Source: an uncultured Clostridium sp.
GTDB taxonomy: Bacteria > Bacillota > Clostridia > TANB77 > CAG-508
Direction of reading: 5' to 3'
NCBI GenBank assembly: GCA_964394545.1
Contig: CAYMXX010000001.1
Location: 3,088 to 67,087, forward strand
Length of the DNA: 64,000 nucleotides
The position numbers and the translations under genes were made by a program. A model generated the notes under the pieces. The model had not been told where the DNA came from. It saw only the letters and a list, made by a program, of their open reading frames with translations, and searched no databases. The first letter of the stretch is position 1; each line of letters opens with the position of its first letter. Positions 32,210-42,469 of this stretch are shown piece by piece.

Positions 32210-32552
32210 TACCTTTCAATAAATTTTTTACCCTTACACCACATATAGCTTTCTGTTGGACTAAATTCTTCATATACAAAGTCGAAATTATCGTGTTCAT
32301 CACAATACATATCTCCACTTTCTACATACATACAATTTATACATTGTTCACACGTTTTATTGTTGTTGCTTTTTCCCACTTTTTCTCCTTTCCATCTGCA
32401 GCATAATATATTTTTGTAAGTCTACATTTTTCTTTGTTCTGCACATATTAATATCTTGTATTTCATTTTCTAAATTTTCAATTATTTGTTTTAATTTGCG
32501 ATTTTCATATATAGCATCGTAATATAATCGTTCATAATCTTTGTTTTGCATT

Positions 32553-33341
32553 TTACTCTTTCCTTTTATTTGCTTTATCTAATAATTTTGCTACTACAAC
32601 ACCTGCTTTTGTTAGTTCTGCATCTTTTTTAAATAAATTATTTCTATTCATTATTAGTTCTTCAGCATTAGATACTAATACTAAATTATCTAAATCAAAA
32701 TTACTATTGTTACCATCTGCAAATATAACTTTGTGTCCTTTTGGAACTTTTCCATGTACTTGTTCATATAAATAACGATGTTTCCTGGTCCAATTCTTGT
32801 GTTTGTGACCATCTTGTATTTTTATTAATATATATCCGTTTTTATCTAATCGTTCACTACCAATACTTCTTGCATTTGCAGGGATATTCCCCTTTTTAAA
32901 TGTTGTTTTTCTGGAATTTTGTTGTCCTTCTTTCGACATATATTCGCTCCATTTTTTACCTTTGTTGAAGGAAGTTTGTCCTTTTACAAACTGCCCTCCA
33001 ACTATTCCACTTTGCAAATTATATTTATTTTTTATATTTGCAATAGCACTTTCGCTAATATTCATATTAAATTCATTATTAAATCTTTGTGTTAATTCTT
33101 TTAATGTAATACCTTTTACATTGTTTTTTATAAATTCTATATGTACATCCTTGTATTTTCTATGTTGTTCTTTTCTTCTTCCAACTTTCAATTTATGTCC
33201 ACTAAGATATGATTTCATTGCTTGATATGTAATATTCGTATTGAACTTTTTATTAAATTCATTTTGTAAATCCATTATTGTATTTCCTTTGCAATTGTCA
33301 GCAATATATTTTTTCATTTCTTCAGTGTAAAATTTACTCAT
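32553..33341 (-). CDS. HNH homing endonuclease with N-terminal DNA-binding repeats
   Basis: KHRYLYEQVHGKVPKGHKVIFADGNNSNFDLDNL = HNH_3 motif. Confidence 0.6.
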   Translation of the reverse strand: MSKFYTEEMKKYIADNCKGNTIMDLQNEFNKKFNTNITYQAMKSYLSGHKLKVGRRKEQHRKYKDVHIEFIKNNVKGITLKELTQRFNNEFNMNISESAIANIKNKYNLQSGIVGGQFVKGQTSFNKGKKWSEYMSKEGQQNSRKTTFKKGNIPANARSIGSERLDKNGYILIKIQDGHKHKNWTRKHRYLYEQVHGKVPKGHKVIFADGNNSNFDLDNLVLVSNAEELIMNRNNLFKKDAELTKAGVVVAKLLDKANKRKE

Positions 33342-33821
33342 TATTTCTATCTCCTATTTGTAATATACCTGGCATTTTTTCTTTTCCATATTCATCATAA
33401 TGTTTTATAGCTTTTAATGCTAATTCTCCATTATTTATAATTGTTTGCGCTATATTTGCCATTGATTTTGCCCTTTCTCTTTCTTCTTGTAATTTTTCTC
33501 CTGTTAGATCATCATCGTTTAATCTTTCTAATTGTTCAAAAAGATGACTATTCAAATCTGCTAATGTAGTTCTTGTTCCCATTTTTTCCTCCTTTTCATT
33601 GTCTTATATATGGTCTATCCACATATAATGCTACTGGTGGTTGCATATTTCCCATTACTGATAAATATATCTTTCCAGTTTTTAAAAATTCTTCCTTTTC
33701 CTTTTCAGTCATTTCCCAACACGAAACAATATGATTTTCAGTTTTTAAAGCTGGTAAATCTCCACAACCTTTTGCTTTAAATATGCAATTCATATCTTCA
33801 AATTTTACTGGATTCATACCT

Positions 33822-34175
33822 TTATTTCTCCTTTATTTTTAGATTATATTTGTCTTCAAATACTTTCTTTTTAGTTATATATTCTTTTGTTTTAAAACCT
33901 TTTGTATCAATTATTTCCGATGTTCCATCGTTATTAAATACAATAAAATCAGCTTTATATTTTAATCCTGGTGCTAGTATAAAGACAGGCTGCAAACAAA
34001 AACCTTTGATGTCTCCGCCCTGCAGCCTTAATTTTAAATTGCAATAATAATCCGCTTCTTTTTTGCTATCAAATGTTTGTCCATCTACAGATGTTTTTAC
34101 TGCTCCATATTTACTTCTTTTGTTTCCTTTTTTCTGATATTCTTTATATTGTTCAATACTCCAATGTTCTTGCAT
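33822..34175 (-). CDS. hypothetical phage protein (DUF1064-like)
   Basis: GAVKT.VDG..FDSKKE...L pattern. Confidence 0.3.
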   Translation of the reverse strand: MQEHWSIEQYKEYQKKGNKRSKYGAVKTSVDGQTFDSKKEADYYCNLKLRLQGGDIKGFCLQPVFILAPGLKYKADFIVFNNDGTSEIIDTKGFKTKEYITKKKVFEDKYNLKIKEK

Positions 34176-34314
34176 TTTTTACTTTCTACCTCACAAAATA
34201 CACATTCTTGACATTCCATTATTTGTTCATCTATATAATTACTACTAGTTGGAACATCACAATCCAAATATAATGCTTCATCACATTTTTTCTTATATCT
34301 ACCACAATACATTT

Positions 34315-34605
34315 CTAAATTTTCTCCCAACTTTCCACTTTTTTATATGCTGTTTTCATTCCTCCATGCCTATCTAACATTGGTATGATTTCATTTATTT
34401 CTGGAAATTCTCTTTTTAGTTGTTCAGCAATATCTATTAATACTTTTGCCATTTGTGCCATTTCAATAGGTCCACCATTTCCTTGTACTATTGATATTGG
34501 TGGTTCCTTAAATTCTTTTGTTATTACAACCTCACAAGTCAAACATTTATTGTTTTCTTTAATTCTTTTGATTCTTTGTACTTCTTCAATTTGTTTAAAA
34601 TCCAT
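34315..34605 (-). CDS. hypothetical protein
   Basis: 96 aa ORF. Confidence 0.3.
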   Translation of the reverse strand: MDFKQIEEVQRIKRIKENNKCLTCEVVITKEFKEPPISIVQGNGGPIEMAQMAKVLIDIAEQLKREFPEINEIIPMLDRHGGMKTAYKKVESWEKI

Positions 34606-34608
34606 TTA

Positions 34609-35022
34609 TTATTCCTCCTTCTTTTTCTTTGCACATTTTAATTCTTTTACCACTCTTGGTGTATATTCTCTTGTTTCTTGATTACTTTTTAATGTATCAA
34701 TATTTTGTATAGCTTGTTTTGTATCTGCTATTATTCCTTTTGTTATGTATTTATCCGAATAACCTTTTAATGTATTTATTAATTCTAACTTATTTTTTAA
34801 CATTCTTCTTTCTTTTCTAGTATCTCTTAATAAAACAGCTACTTTTGAAAGTTCAAATGCATTTAATTTACTCAATTCTATTTCATGTAAATAGTCTTGT
34901 GTTTCATCATCTTTTATATTGATTTGTTGTTCAAGATTTTTCTTTATATCGTCTAAATTCGTAAATAAGTTTTCAATTTCTAGTAATAATATTTTTACGT
35001 CTTCAATATTATCTATCTGCAT
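34609..35022 (-). CDS. hypothetical coiled-coil protein
   Basis: 137 aa ORF. Confidence 0.3.
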   Translation of the reverse strand: MQIDNIEDVKILLLEIENLFTNLDDIKKNLEQQINIKDDETQDYLHEIELSKLNAFELSKVAVLLRDTRKERRMLKNKLELINTLKGYSDKYITKGIIADTKQAIQNIDTLKSNQETREYTPRVVKELKCAKKKKEE

Positions 35023-35303
35023 AATTATTCCGCCTTTCCTTTTGTATATTTTTTCTAACTTGTGTTTGTTTTTGATTTTCGCATTTTTTATTGTTTTTCC
35101 GTTTTATGTTTACTTTTGTTTGTTACATACTAATGTGCATACCAGTTCTTTTTTTATAATATTGACAAGATTCAAATAGTCCTCTTTCCTGCTTCGTTAA
35201 TAAGCAATGTGGAAATTCATATTCAAGTGCTGGAATACACCATTCGCAGTTTTCACATATTTTTAATTGTCTTGAAACTAATTCTTTTTCAGTTACTGGC
35301 ATT

Positions 35304-36290
35304 TTAATCTCCTTCCATCTGGTATAAGGTATCCATATCATATTGACTACTTAATTCAGTTTGCTGCATTGCTGATAATATACATTTTTTAAAATATTGT
35401 TTTGGTATTTGTATTTGTGTTCTAGTATTTGCAATTGCAAATTGTTTTAATGCATACATAACATTTCTTTCACTAATACCATCTATTTTTTCTCTAGTAT
35501 CTGGACTTATATATAATTCTTTTATTATTTCAGTAATTTCCTGACATAATTGAGGATTTAATCTTAATAAATTACAATTACTTATAATTCTTTGAAATTC
35601 CATCTTGTCCATCTCATCCATCATCTCGTCTAATTTTTTATTTTCTGTGTAATTATGATTAGATGGATAGATAGATTTCATTTCTTTTAATTTAATTTTA
35701 TTTAATTTAATTTGATTTGATTTTATTTTATTTAATTTGTTATTTTTTGCTATAAGTCTACTACCTTTTTTGATAACACTTGTTATAACTTTGTTATTCT
35801 TTTTAGATAACTTTGTTATAACATCGTTATTTGTTAATACTCCCTTTATCTTTTTTTTAGTTTTATTTGTTATAACTTTGTTATCATTTTGTTTTCCCCA
35901 TCTATTTTGCATTGCCTTTTTTCCTGCTTGGCTTCTTTTTTCTTTTAATGTTTCGTATTGTTCCATTCTTCTTAATAAACTTGCTGACCAAAAGGATTTA
36001 CCATCAGTATTAAATAATCCGTTTTCGGTTTCATTATTTCCATATTCTTTAATACAATCATTTACATATTTTTCTACGTCAATTGTTGTTCCTGTTTGTA
36101 TTTTTATAGCTCTATATGTATTTTTATTGAGAGGCAATTTGTATGTAGCTTCATTTCTTAACATTTCTATAATTGCCCAATATAACCCATATCCCTCTAA
36201 TCCATAGTCACATCTCATTGCTAATATTTTTGGATCCGAAAGTGCATTTGCATCGTGACTAAAATAATATGTATCTTTTTTACTGGCCAT
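35304..36290 (-). CDS. replication initiator/organizer (DUF4373 N-terminal domain, DnaD-like)
   Basis: YYFSHDANALSDPKILAMRCDYGLEGYGLYWAIIEML N-terminus typical of phage replisome organizers; internal repeats. Confidence 0.55.
   Translation of the reverse strand: MASKKDTYYFSHDANALSDPKILAMRCDYGLEGYGLYWAIIEMLRNEATYKLPLNKNTYRAIKIQTGTTIDVEKYVNDCIKEYGNNETENGLFNTDGKSFWSASLLRRMEQYETLKEKRSQAGKKAMQNRWGKQNDNKVITNKTKKKIKGVLTNNDVITKLSKKNNKVITSVIKKGSRLIAKNNKLNKIKSNQIKLNKIKLKEMKSIYPSNHNYTENKKLDEMMDEMDKMEFQRIISNCNLLRLNPQLCQEITEIIKELYISPDTREKIDGISERNVMYALKQFAIANTRTQIQIPKQYFKKCILSAMQQTELSSQYDMDTLYQMEGD
35690..35890. repeat. AT-rich ATTTA repeats plus clustered palindromic GTTATAAC iterons inside initiator gene (putative phage origin)
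   Basis: GTTATAAC at 35782, 35815, 35869 plus half-sites GATAAC/GTTAT; tandem ttaatttaatttta repeats 35690-35750. Confidence 0.45.
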
Positions 36291-36291
36291 A

Positions 36292-36618
36292 CTAATTTAC
36301 CTCTCCTTTCTTTTGTATTATAGTTTCTATGTTGATTTGCTGATTGTTATAAACATCATCCAAATATTTCTTTTCACATATAGGACCAAAACCTTTTTGG
36401 ATACTTCTCCAAGTTTTTAATTCTTTTCCACACATTCTACACTTAAATGAATCGTCCTTAATTTCTGGGCATTTTTTCAAAGCATTTATTGCCAAACTAA
36501 TTGCTTTTATGTCATTTAAAAACACATTGTCTAATTCATCATTGTGTACGAAACTTAACCTGTCTCTTTTTAAATCTTCTAATTGTGCTATTGCTTTTAC
36601 ATTATTCATATACCCCAC
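36292..36618 (-). CDS. hypothetical Zn-finger protein
   Basis: CRMCGK...C motif. Confidence 0.3.
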   Translation of the reverse strand: MGYMNNVKAIAQLEDLKRDRLSFVHNDELDNVFLNDIKAISLAINALKKCPEIKDDSFKCRMCGKELKTWRSIQKGFGPICEKKYLDDVYNNQQINIETIIQKKGEVN

Positions 36619-36624
36619 CTCTTA

Positions 36625-37368
36625 TTAAAATGGATATAATTTTAATTCCATATTTAAACCTGGTCTTGCTATTGTCGTTGGTACACCAGTTTGTCCATAT
36701 ACTGCATTTTTCATAATTTCTTGATTTGCATTATCATTTGAAAGGTGGCAAAGAATTATGTTTTTCGTATATGTCAAATCATTTGATTTTAGAAACTTTA
36801 ATACATTTTCCAAACTAAAATGACTTTCTAATAATCTACTGTACCTGGTTTTATTTATTATTCCATTTGTAGCATTGTTTTTTGCAATTTCTTTATTGTA
36901 ATTACATTCTAATAGTAAATAATTTAATTTACTAAACTTATATTTAATGTAGTAAGTATCTGTAGCATATAATAATTTTTCACCAGTAGGCTTATATTGT
37001 ATTAAAAATCCTAATGGCTCTGCTGCATCGTGTTGTGTATCAAATGGAAGTATTACAAAATTCCCAACTTCAAATTGTTGTAATGCTTTTATTATTTTAA
37101 ATCTATGGCCATTTAAATTAAGTCTAGCAAAAGTTCCTTTCGATGCATATATATCCATTCCATTCAAAGCAAAATTAGGTGCATATTTTAAATGATCCAT
37201 GTGCTCGTGAGTTATTAGTACCCCTTTAATTCCTTTGAAATTAAAATTTAATTCTTTTTGAACATCCTTAAAATTGATACCTGCATCTAATATCAATTTT
37301 TCTTCATTCGATGCTTCTATTAGGTAGCAATTTCCAGATGAACTACTACCTAATACTTTCAATTTCAC
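36625..37368 (-). CDS. metallo-beta-lactamase-fold hydrolase
   Basis: LITHEHMDH motif. Confidence 0.65.
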   Translation of the reverse strand: MKLKVLGSSSSGNCYLIEASNEEKLILDAGINFKDVQKELNFNFKGIKGVLITHEHMDHLKYAPNFALNGMDIYASKGTFARLNLNGHRFKIIKALQQFEVGNFVILPFDTQHDAAEPLGFLIQYKPTGEKLLYATDTYYIKYKFSKLNYLLLECNYNKEIAKNNATNGIINKTRYSRLLESHFSLENVLKFLKSNDLTYTKNIILCHLSNDNANQEIMKNAVYGQTGVPTTIARPGLNMELKLYPF

Positions 37369-38264
37369 TAGAATGATGGCCTTTCATTTGTTACTTCTTC
37401 AGATACATTTGTTTCTTCAGATGCAGGTGCTTCTATTGGTTTTATTTCTCCAGTATCTATGTCAATGTATTCTTTGTTTGCATTTTCTTGTATTTCATAC
37501 TCTACTTCACTTTCTTTTAGTTCTTCATCAGATGTTTCAAACGCTAGTTTTATCATATTTAAATTGCTATCATCTTTTGTGTTTATATAATACTTACATA
37601 TTTTATTTATAACTGTTCTTTTGCACATATCTTCAGTAAATTGCGAATGTGTACTATCTTTATTTTCTGGATTTAACTTTGATTTTTTCCAAGATGTTTT
37701 TATTTGGTCTATTGTCATTATTATGCTTTCTTCAGCATCATTGATATATATAATTGTTGCATAAGCTCCGATTATTTTAGCTTTATTTATATTTTCAAAA
37801 CTTCTTGTATGTGATAATATTGTTGTTTTTCCTTTATTAATTTGAGTTTCAACTTTGTCGCCTTCATAAATTACTTCAGCAGTTATTTCTTTAATTTCTC
37901 CAAATTGTTTTGCTACTGCTATTGATCCAAAGTATGATCTCATTAATGTTAATTGATTTCCAAATAGTATGAAATAGCATTGGTTTTTCATTGGATTTAA
38001 TCCTTGTATAACCATATTTAATAGAGCATTTGCAATACTTGGTTGTGTACAAACTTCTAATGCTAATTTTCCATTTTTATCTTTAACCTCTTGTAATTTT
38101 AGCCATGCACTTTTTAATGCATTTTCTGGACTATAATTATTTGGAAAATATATTTGTCCATTACTTTGAAATTGATGTATTTTATTTAATACATTATCAG
38201 TAATATTCTTTTCTTCTTTTACAATAATTTGCTTATCTTCTTTTTTTACTAAATCAGTACTCAT
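37368..38264 (-). CDS. RecT-like single-strand annealing recombinase (tentative)
   Basis: size, position next to MBL and SbcC-like ATPase; weak motif similarity. Confidence 0.4.
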   Translation of the reverse strand: MSTDLVKKEDKQIIVKEEKNITDNVLNKIHQFQSNGQIYFPNNYSPENALKSAWLKLQEVKDKNGKLALEVCTQPSIANALLNMVIQGLNPMKNQCYFILFGNQLTLMRSYFGSIAVAKQFGEIKEITAEVIYEGDKVETQINKGKTTILSHTRSFENINKAKIIGAYATIIYINDAEESIIMTIDQIKTSWKKSKLNPENKDSTHSQFTEDMCKRTVINKICKYYINTKDDSNLNMIKLAFETSDEELKESEVEYEIQENANKEYIDIDTGEIKPIEAPASEETNVSEEVTNERPSF

Positions 38265-38266
38265 AA

Positions 38267-38536
38267 TTAGTTAGCCCCCTTTACTATAAATTTCATACCT
38301 GTTTTATCTTCATTTTCTACATTTACTATACAAAAAGCAGGTACACATACTAAATCAATGCCGATTGCTGCTACATACGATCTAGCAATAGCAATGGCTT
38401 TTATAGCTTGATTTACTGCACCTGCTCCTATTGCTTGCATTTCTACCTTTCCTTTTTCAGTTAATATCCCAGCTATTGCTCCCGCAACAGCATTTGGATT
38501 TGATTTACTTGATACTTTTAAATTTTCATTATTCAT
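38267..38536 (-). CDS. spoVS: SpoVS (stage V sporulation protein S) homolog
   Basis: 89 aa; KVSSKSNPNAVAGAIAGIL...MQAIGAGAVNQAIKAIAIARSY...GIDLVCVPAF closely matches SpoVS family. Confidence 0.75.
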   Translation of the reverse strand: MNNENLKVSSKSNPNAVAGAIAGILTEKGKVEMQAIGAGAVNQAIKAIAIARSYVAAIGIDLVCVPAFCIVNVENEDKTGMKFIVKGAN

Positions 38537-38749
38537 TTATTTTTCCTCACTTTCATTTAATATATCTATTGCCTTTTCTATATCTGCTAATATAGTTTGT
38601 TTATTCTGTCCAGTTCCATCAATTATAAGTTGTATGGCTTCAGCAATACCAATTATTACTTCTATAACGGTACCATCATTGATAGACGCACTAACACCAC
38701 CATTTTTGTCTTTTTTTATTTCTAAAATGATATCAGTTTTTTCTTTCAT
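38537..38749 (-). CDS. hypothetical protein
   Basis: 70 aa ORF. Confidence 0.3.
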   Translation of the reverse strand: MKEKTDIILEIKKDKNGGVSASINDGTVIEVIIGIAEAIQLIIDGTGQNKQTILADIEKAIDILNESEEK

Positions 38750-40689
38750 TACATCATCACTCCTATTCTTAATTTAGGATCCGTTGTTACTACTAAACTG
38801 ATTATTTGTGCATTTATTTTGCATAAATCATTTATACTTTCTCTATTGTCAATAAAAATTGGTGCAGTCGTATTATAAAATCTAGATAATGTTTTTATAA
38901 TGTCTAATCCTGCTATTATTTTATGTGCATTATTAACATCAGAATACGGAACACCATTTACTAATGTATCGCAACATTCTATAAGTCCTCCATTTATTTG
39001 CGTATCAAACAATCTAAACTTTACTATTTCAAAATTACTATTTATTGCATTTTCTAATAATTCAACTTTAGTTTTTATAAATTCTTCTATTTGGAACTCT
39101 TGAGATTCCAATTCTTGAATTTTTTGTGAAATGTTTTCTTCTTCTGATTTTAATTCTTCTATACGCATTGCTGTTCTTTCTTGCACATTTTTTTCATTTA
39201 ATTGTTTATCTATATTATTTATTTGCTCCATAATGCTTGTTTTTCTATTTTGTATTTCTGCAGTATCTTCTTTCACTAAATTTTCAACTACTTTTTGCAA
39301 TTCTTCTAATTCTTTCAATTTTTCTTGATATTGTGGAAGTTTTGTAACATCAAATTTCTCAATTTTCTCTTTTTCATTTTTTAATTTTTCTATTTTAGTA
39401 TTTATTTCGCTTAATTTTATTGTACTTTCTTCTATTTGATTTTTTAATTTTGTTATATTTTCTTTGCTTTCTTCTATTCTTTTATTAATAGATTGTCCTT
39501 CTTTGTTAATTTCCTCTTTTCTACTTTCCTTATGTTCTACAAAATTCTTTTCAAATTGTTGTTTCATTTCTTCTATTTTGTCTGTTTCATATTCTCGCTT
39601 ACAAGTAGGACATATAAAAGAATTAGGGTCAAATTCTAATTTAGTATTATTTACTTCATCCCATTGTTTGTATAATTCTTCTTTTCTTTTTTGATCCTTT
39701 TCTATATTGAATGTTAGCTCTTCAAGTTGTTTATTGCTATTTCTTAAAGAGTTTTCTAATACTGTTTTTTCATTGTTAAGTATTATTTCTTCTTTTGAAT
39801 TTTTATTGCTATTTTCTGTTTCTAGTTTGAATTTCAAATTATTTAATTCATTTTTAGCAATTGCTAATTGGTCAGCTTTTTTCAAATTTTCCTTTGCTCT
39901 TGCTTGTATATCTGTCATTTCCAAGTCTATTTTATGTAATTCTTGATTTAATGTTTCTTTTTCTTCTTCTAATTTATTGTAATCAATATTATGTTCTGTA
40001 ATTAAAGTATTAGTTAACTCATCAATTCTTACTGGTATTTTTTCTTTTTCTGCGTTTAGCTCTTTTATTTTAGCTGCAATAACTTTTTTATAATCCTCTA
40101 TTTTTCTACTCTGTAGATTCTCTTTTAAAGTTGCAAACTTTTCATCAGAATTCAAAATATCTTCATCCGTAATATTACTTCCAGAAATACTGATTAAAAG
40201 TTCTCTTCTTTCCTTCCACGACATTACATTATTAAAAAATGATGGATCCGTAATCAATTTAAATAAGCTTTCTGGTATTAAACTATTTATTTTTTCTTCG
40301 TAATCTTTCTTTTTTACAGGTACCTCATCTATCCAATAGTTTGTTTCATGTCCTGCAAATTCTTGATTTTCCTGTCCTCTTCTTTTTACCCATTTTTCTT
40401 TCAACATTTTTCTAAATGTAATATCTTGTCCATCTATAATTAATGTTGCCTCTACCTCGTGTTCTAAAAAATGAATTGGATTGTTATTTTCATCTAGTGT
40501 TTTAATATTGAAATCTTTTCTATCATTGCTATCCTTATCAAAAAATAGCCATTTAAATGCATCAAATACTGTTGTTTTTCCTGTTGCATTTGCTCCGAAA
40601 ATATTTGTATCTTTGCCATTAAAATCAATTTGTAATTCTTTTATCCCCTTAAAATTCTTTAGTTTTAAATTATAAATTCTAATTTCCAT
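38749..40689 (-). CDS. SbcC/Rad50/RecN-like AAA ATPase with coiled coil and CxxC zinc hook
   Basis: Walker A GANATGKTT; long coiled-coil; FICPTCKREY hook. Confidence 0.7.
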   Translation of the reverse strand: MEIRIYNLKLKNFKGIKELQIDFNGKDTNIFGANATGKTTVFDAFKWLFFDKDSNDRKDFNIKTLDENNNPIHFLEHEVEATLIIDGQDITFRKMLKEKWVKRRGQENQEFAGHETNYWIDEVPVKKKDYEEKINSLIPESLFKLITDPSFFNNVMSWKERRELLISISGSNITDEDILNSDEKFATLKENLQSRKIEDYKKVIAAKIKELNAEKEKIPVRIDELTNTLITEHNIDYNKLEEEKETLNQELHKIDLEMTDIQARAKENLKKADQLAIAKNELNNLKFKLETENSNKNSKEEIILNNEKTVLENSLRNSNKQLEELTFNIEKDQKRKEELYKQWDEVNNTKLEFDPNSFICPTCKREYETDKIEEMKQQFEKNFVEHKESRKEEINKEGQSINKRIEESKENITKLKNQIEESTIKLSEINTKIEKLKNEKEKIEKFDVTKLPQYQEKLKELEELQKVVENLVKEDTAEIQNRKTSIMEQINNIDKQLNEKNVQERTAMRIEELKSEEENISQKIQELESQEFQIEEFIKTKVELLENAINSNFEIVKFRLFDTQINGGLIECCDTLVNGVPYSDVNNAHKIIAGLDIIKTLSRFYNTTAPIFIDNRESINDLCKINAQIISLVVTTDPKLRIGVMM

Positions 40690-40876
40690 TTAAATTACAT
40701 TCCTTTCTATTTTTATAGTCTTGCATCCTTCTAGGAACCACTATCGTTGCATTACAATAATCACAACATCTGCCATTATTTACTGGTTGTGCATTATTGC
40801 CATATCCTTCATATTCTTTTCCACAAATACTACAATTTTTGTGCATATTTCCTCCATTTCTGCTCTTGATTTTCAA
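40679..40876 (-). CDS. Zn-ribbon protein
   Basis: CSICGK...CCDYC. Confidence 0.3.
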   Translation of the reverse strand: MKIKSRNGGNMHKNCSICGKEYEGYGNNAQPVNNGRCCDYCNATIVVPRRMQDYKNRKECNLNGN

Positions 40877-40927
40877 ATTACTCTATGTTAGAATAAATTA
40901 AAGCATTTACATAAGTGTTTTATAGAA

Positions 40928-41221
40928 CTATTTTGTACTTTGGTCGGTATTTGGTAGTTCTATTATTTTTTTGTCTTGTTTCTTATAGTTCATATCAATT
41001 TCATCAATAAGTAATTCATATCTTGTATCTGTACATAATTCTGATATTTTTCTTTGTTTAACACTTGGATCAGAATAGTTATTTGATTCATTAATATTTC
41101 TAATTTGCAATAAAATATCAGATAAGCTTAATTTTATTTCTGTGATTTTTCTGTCTTTTAATGCAATTGTTTCTTCTAGTTCTTTAATTTTCAATCCTTC
41201 TTGACTATGTTTTCCTATCAT
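40928..41221 (-). CDS. hypothetical protein
   Basis: 97 aa ORF. Confidence 0.3.
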   Translation of the reverse strand: MIGKHSQEGLKIKELEETIALKDRKITEIKLSLSDILLQIRNINESNNYSDPSVKQRKISELCTDTRYELLIDEIDMNYKKQDKKIIELPNTDQSTK

Positions 41222-41296
41222 TCTTACTTCACCCCTTTCAAATTTCTTAATTTATATTTCATTGTAGCCAATGTTATAATGTGCCAAATATAGCAT

Positions 41297-41551
41297 TTAT
41301 CTAGTTTGTCCATAGTTTCCTCCCATATTTTTTATAAAATTTATTATTCCTTTCTTTAGCATTGAATTTTCAAACATTGTGCTTTCTAATTCTATTTTCA
41401 TTTTTTCAAATTCTCTATTTCTACTACTAATACAATCATCTTGCCATTCTATACGAGCTTTTAATTCTTTATATTCATTAATTGAAATTATCATTTCATC
41501 TTCATTTACTCTAGCATTAAAAACTACCTTCTCATCATCGCATCTTTCCAT
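41297..41551 (-). CDS. hypothetical protein
   Basis: 84 aa ORF. Confidence 0.3.
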   Translation of the reverse strand: MERCDDEKVVFNARVNEDEMIISINEYKELKARIEWQDDCISSRNREFEKMKIELESTMFENSMLKKGIINFIKNMGGNYGQTR

Positions 41552-41553
41552 TA

Positions 41554-41850
41554 TTATTTAACCTTCTCATATATAATGATTGTTAATTCTTGACCTTCAT
41601 ATATTGCTGCAGATTCCATATTGTTTAATTTTTTTATTTCATATATGTATTCTCTAATATCTTGATTTGGCTTTTTATATTCTTCTGCAATACTCCATAA
41701 TGTTTCATCTTCAGATATATAAATAGTTTTATATGTTTCTGTATATTTTGGTTTATTCGCAATCTCATTTATCAATATAATTATTAAGAATATAATCATT
41801 GCTAGCGTTGCTACTGATTTTATAAATTTCTTTTTATTAACTATTTTCAT
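41554..41850 (-). CDS. membrane protein with LysM-like domain
   Basis: N-terminal TM, ETLWSIAEEY...GQELTI. Confidence 0.35.
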   Translation of the reverse strand: MKIVNKKKFIKSVATLAMIIFLIIILINEIANKPKYTETYKTIYISEDETLWSIAEEYKKPNQDIREYIYEIKKLNNMESAAIYEGQELTIIIYEKVK

Positions 41851-42041
41851 TGTTCATCCCCCTTTAATCTTTTCTTTTGGTACCATTCTCTTATTGCACT
41901 ACCTAATGCAACTTTCTCTTTTCCAAAATTTTCACTTGGAAAATCTGGCGAATTATAAATACTTAGTGCTGTTGGTACACTACAATTTCTCAGTTCTGCA
42001 AATTGTGTTGGGGTATAAAAAACATTATCTTGTAATTCCAT
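41847..42041 (-). CDS. excisionase/HTH_17-like DNA-binding protein
   Basis: TPTQFAELRNCSVPTALSIYNS pattern, position next to cro. Confidence 0.4.
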   Translation of the reverse strand: MELQDNVFYTPTQFAELRNCSVPTALSIYNSPDFPSENFGKEKVALGSAIREWYQKKRLKGDEQ

Positions 42042-42105
42042 TTCCTTTCCTCCTTTTTTTGTGTGGTGTTCCGCAATTTTTATTTTTTTTCATTTTTTCT
42101 CCTTT

Positions 42106-42318
42106 CTATTCTACTTTTTGTAGAGTTGTAGGCAAAATAATATAATCCTTTGAAATTTTATATAAATTACAAAGTTCCTCAAATTCTGCTATTTTCATAG
42201 ATGTTCTACCTTTTTCCCAATTTATTATTGTTCCTTTACTTTTGTTAATCTTTTCAGCTACTTCATCTAATGAAAAACCTGCATTAACCCTTGCTGCTGT
42301 TAATGTAATTTTTAACAT
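42106..42318 (-). CDS. Cro-like HTH XRE regulator
   Basis: LDEVAEKINKSKGTIINWEKG HTH_3; divergent from cI-like gene. Confidence 0.7.
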   Translation of the reverse strand: MLKITLTAARVNAGFSLDEVAEKINKSKGTIINWEKGRTSMKIAEFEELCNLYKISKDYIILPTTLQKVE

Positions 42319-42469
42319 TTTGTTTCACTTCCCTTCTTCATTTTTTCACATTATATTCTACTTTTTGTAGAATGTCAATACTAAAAGTAGAAAAATTAAA
42401 ACTTTTTTATTGCTTTTTTCTACTTTTAGTATTATAATATAGGCAAATCAAAGGAAGAGAGGTTTTAAT
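42319..42469. promoter_or_regulatory. cI/cro divergent promoter region with palindromic operators
   Basis: TTCTACTTTTTGTAGAA at 42357-42373, second copy in the Cro-like gene 3' end (42107-42122), inverted pair TACTAAAAGTAG/CTACTTTTAGTA; TATAAT-like box at 42434. Confidence 0.5.
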
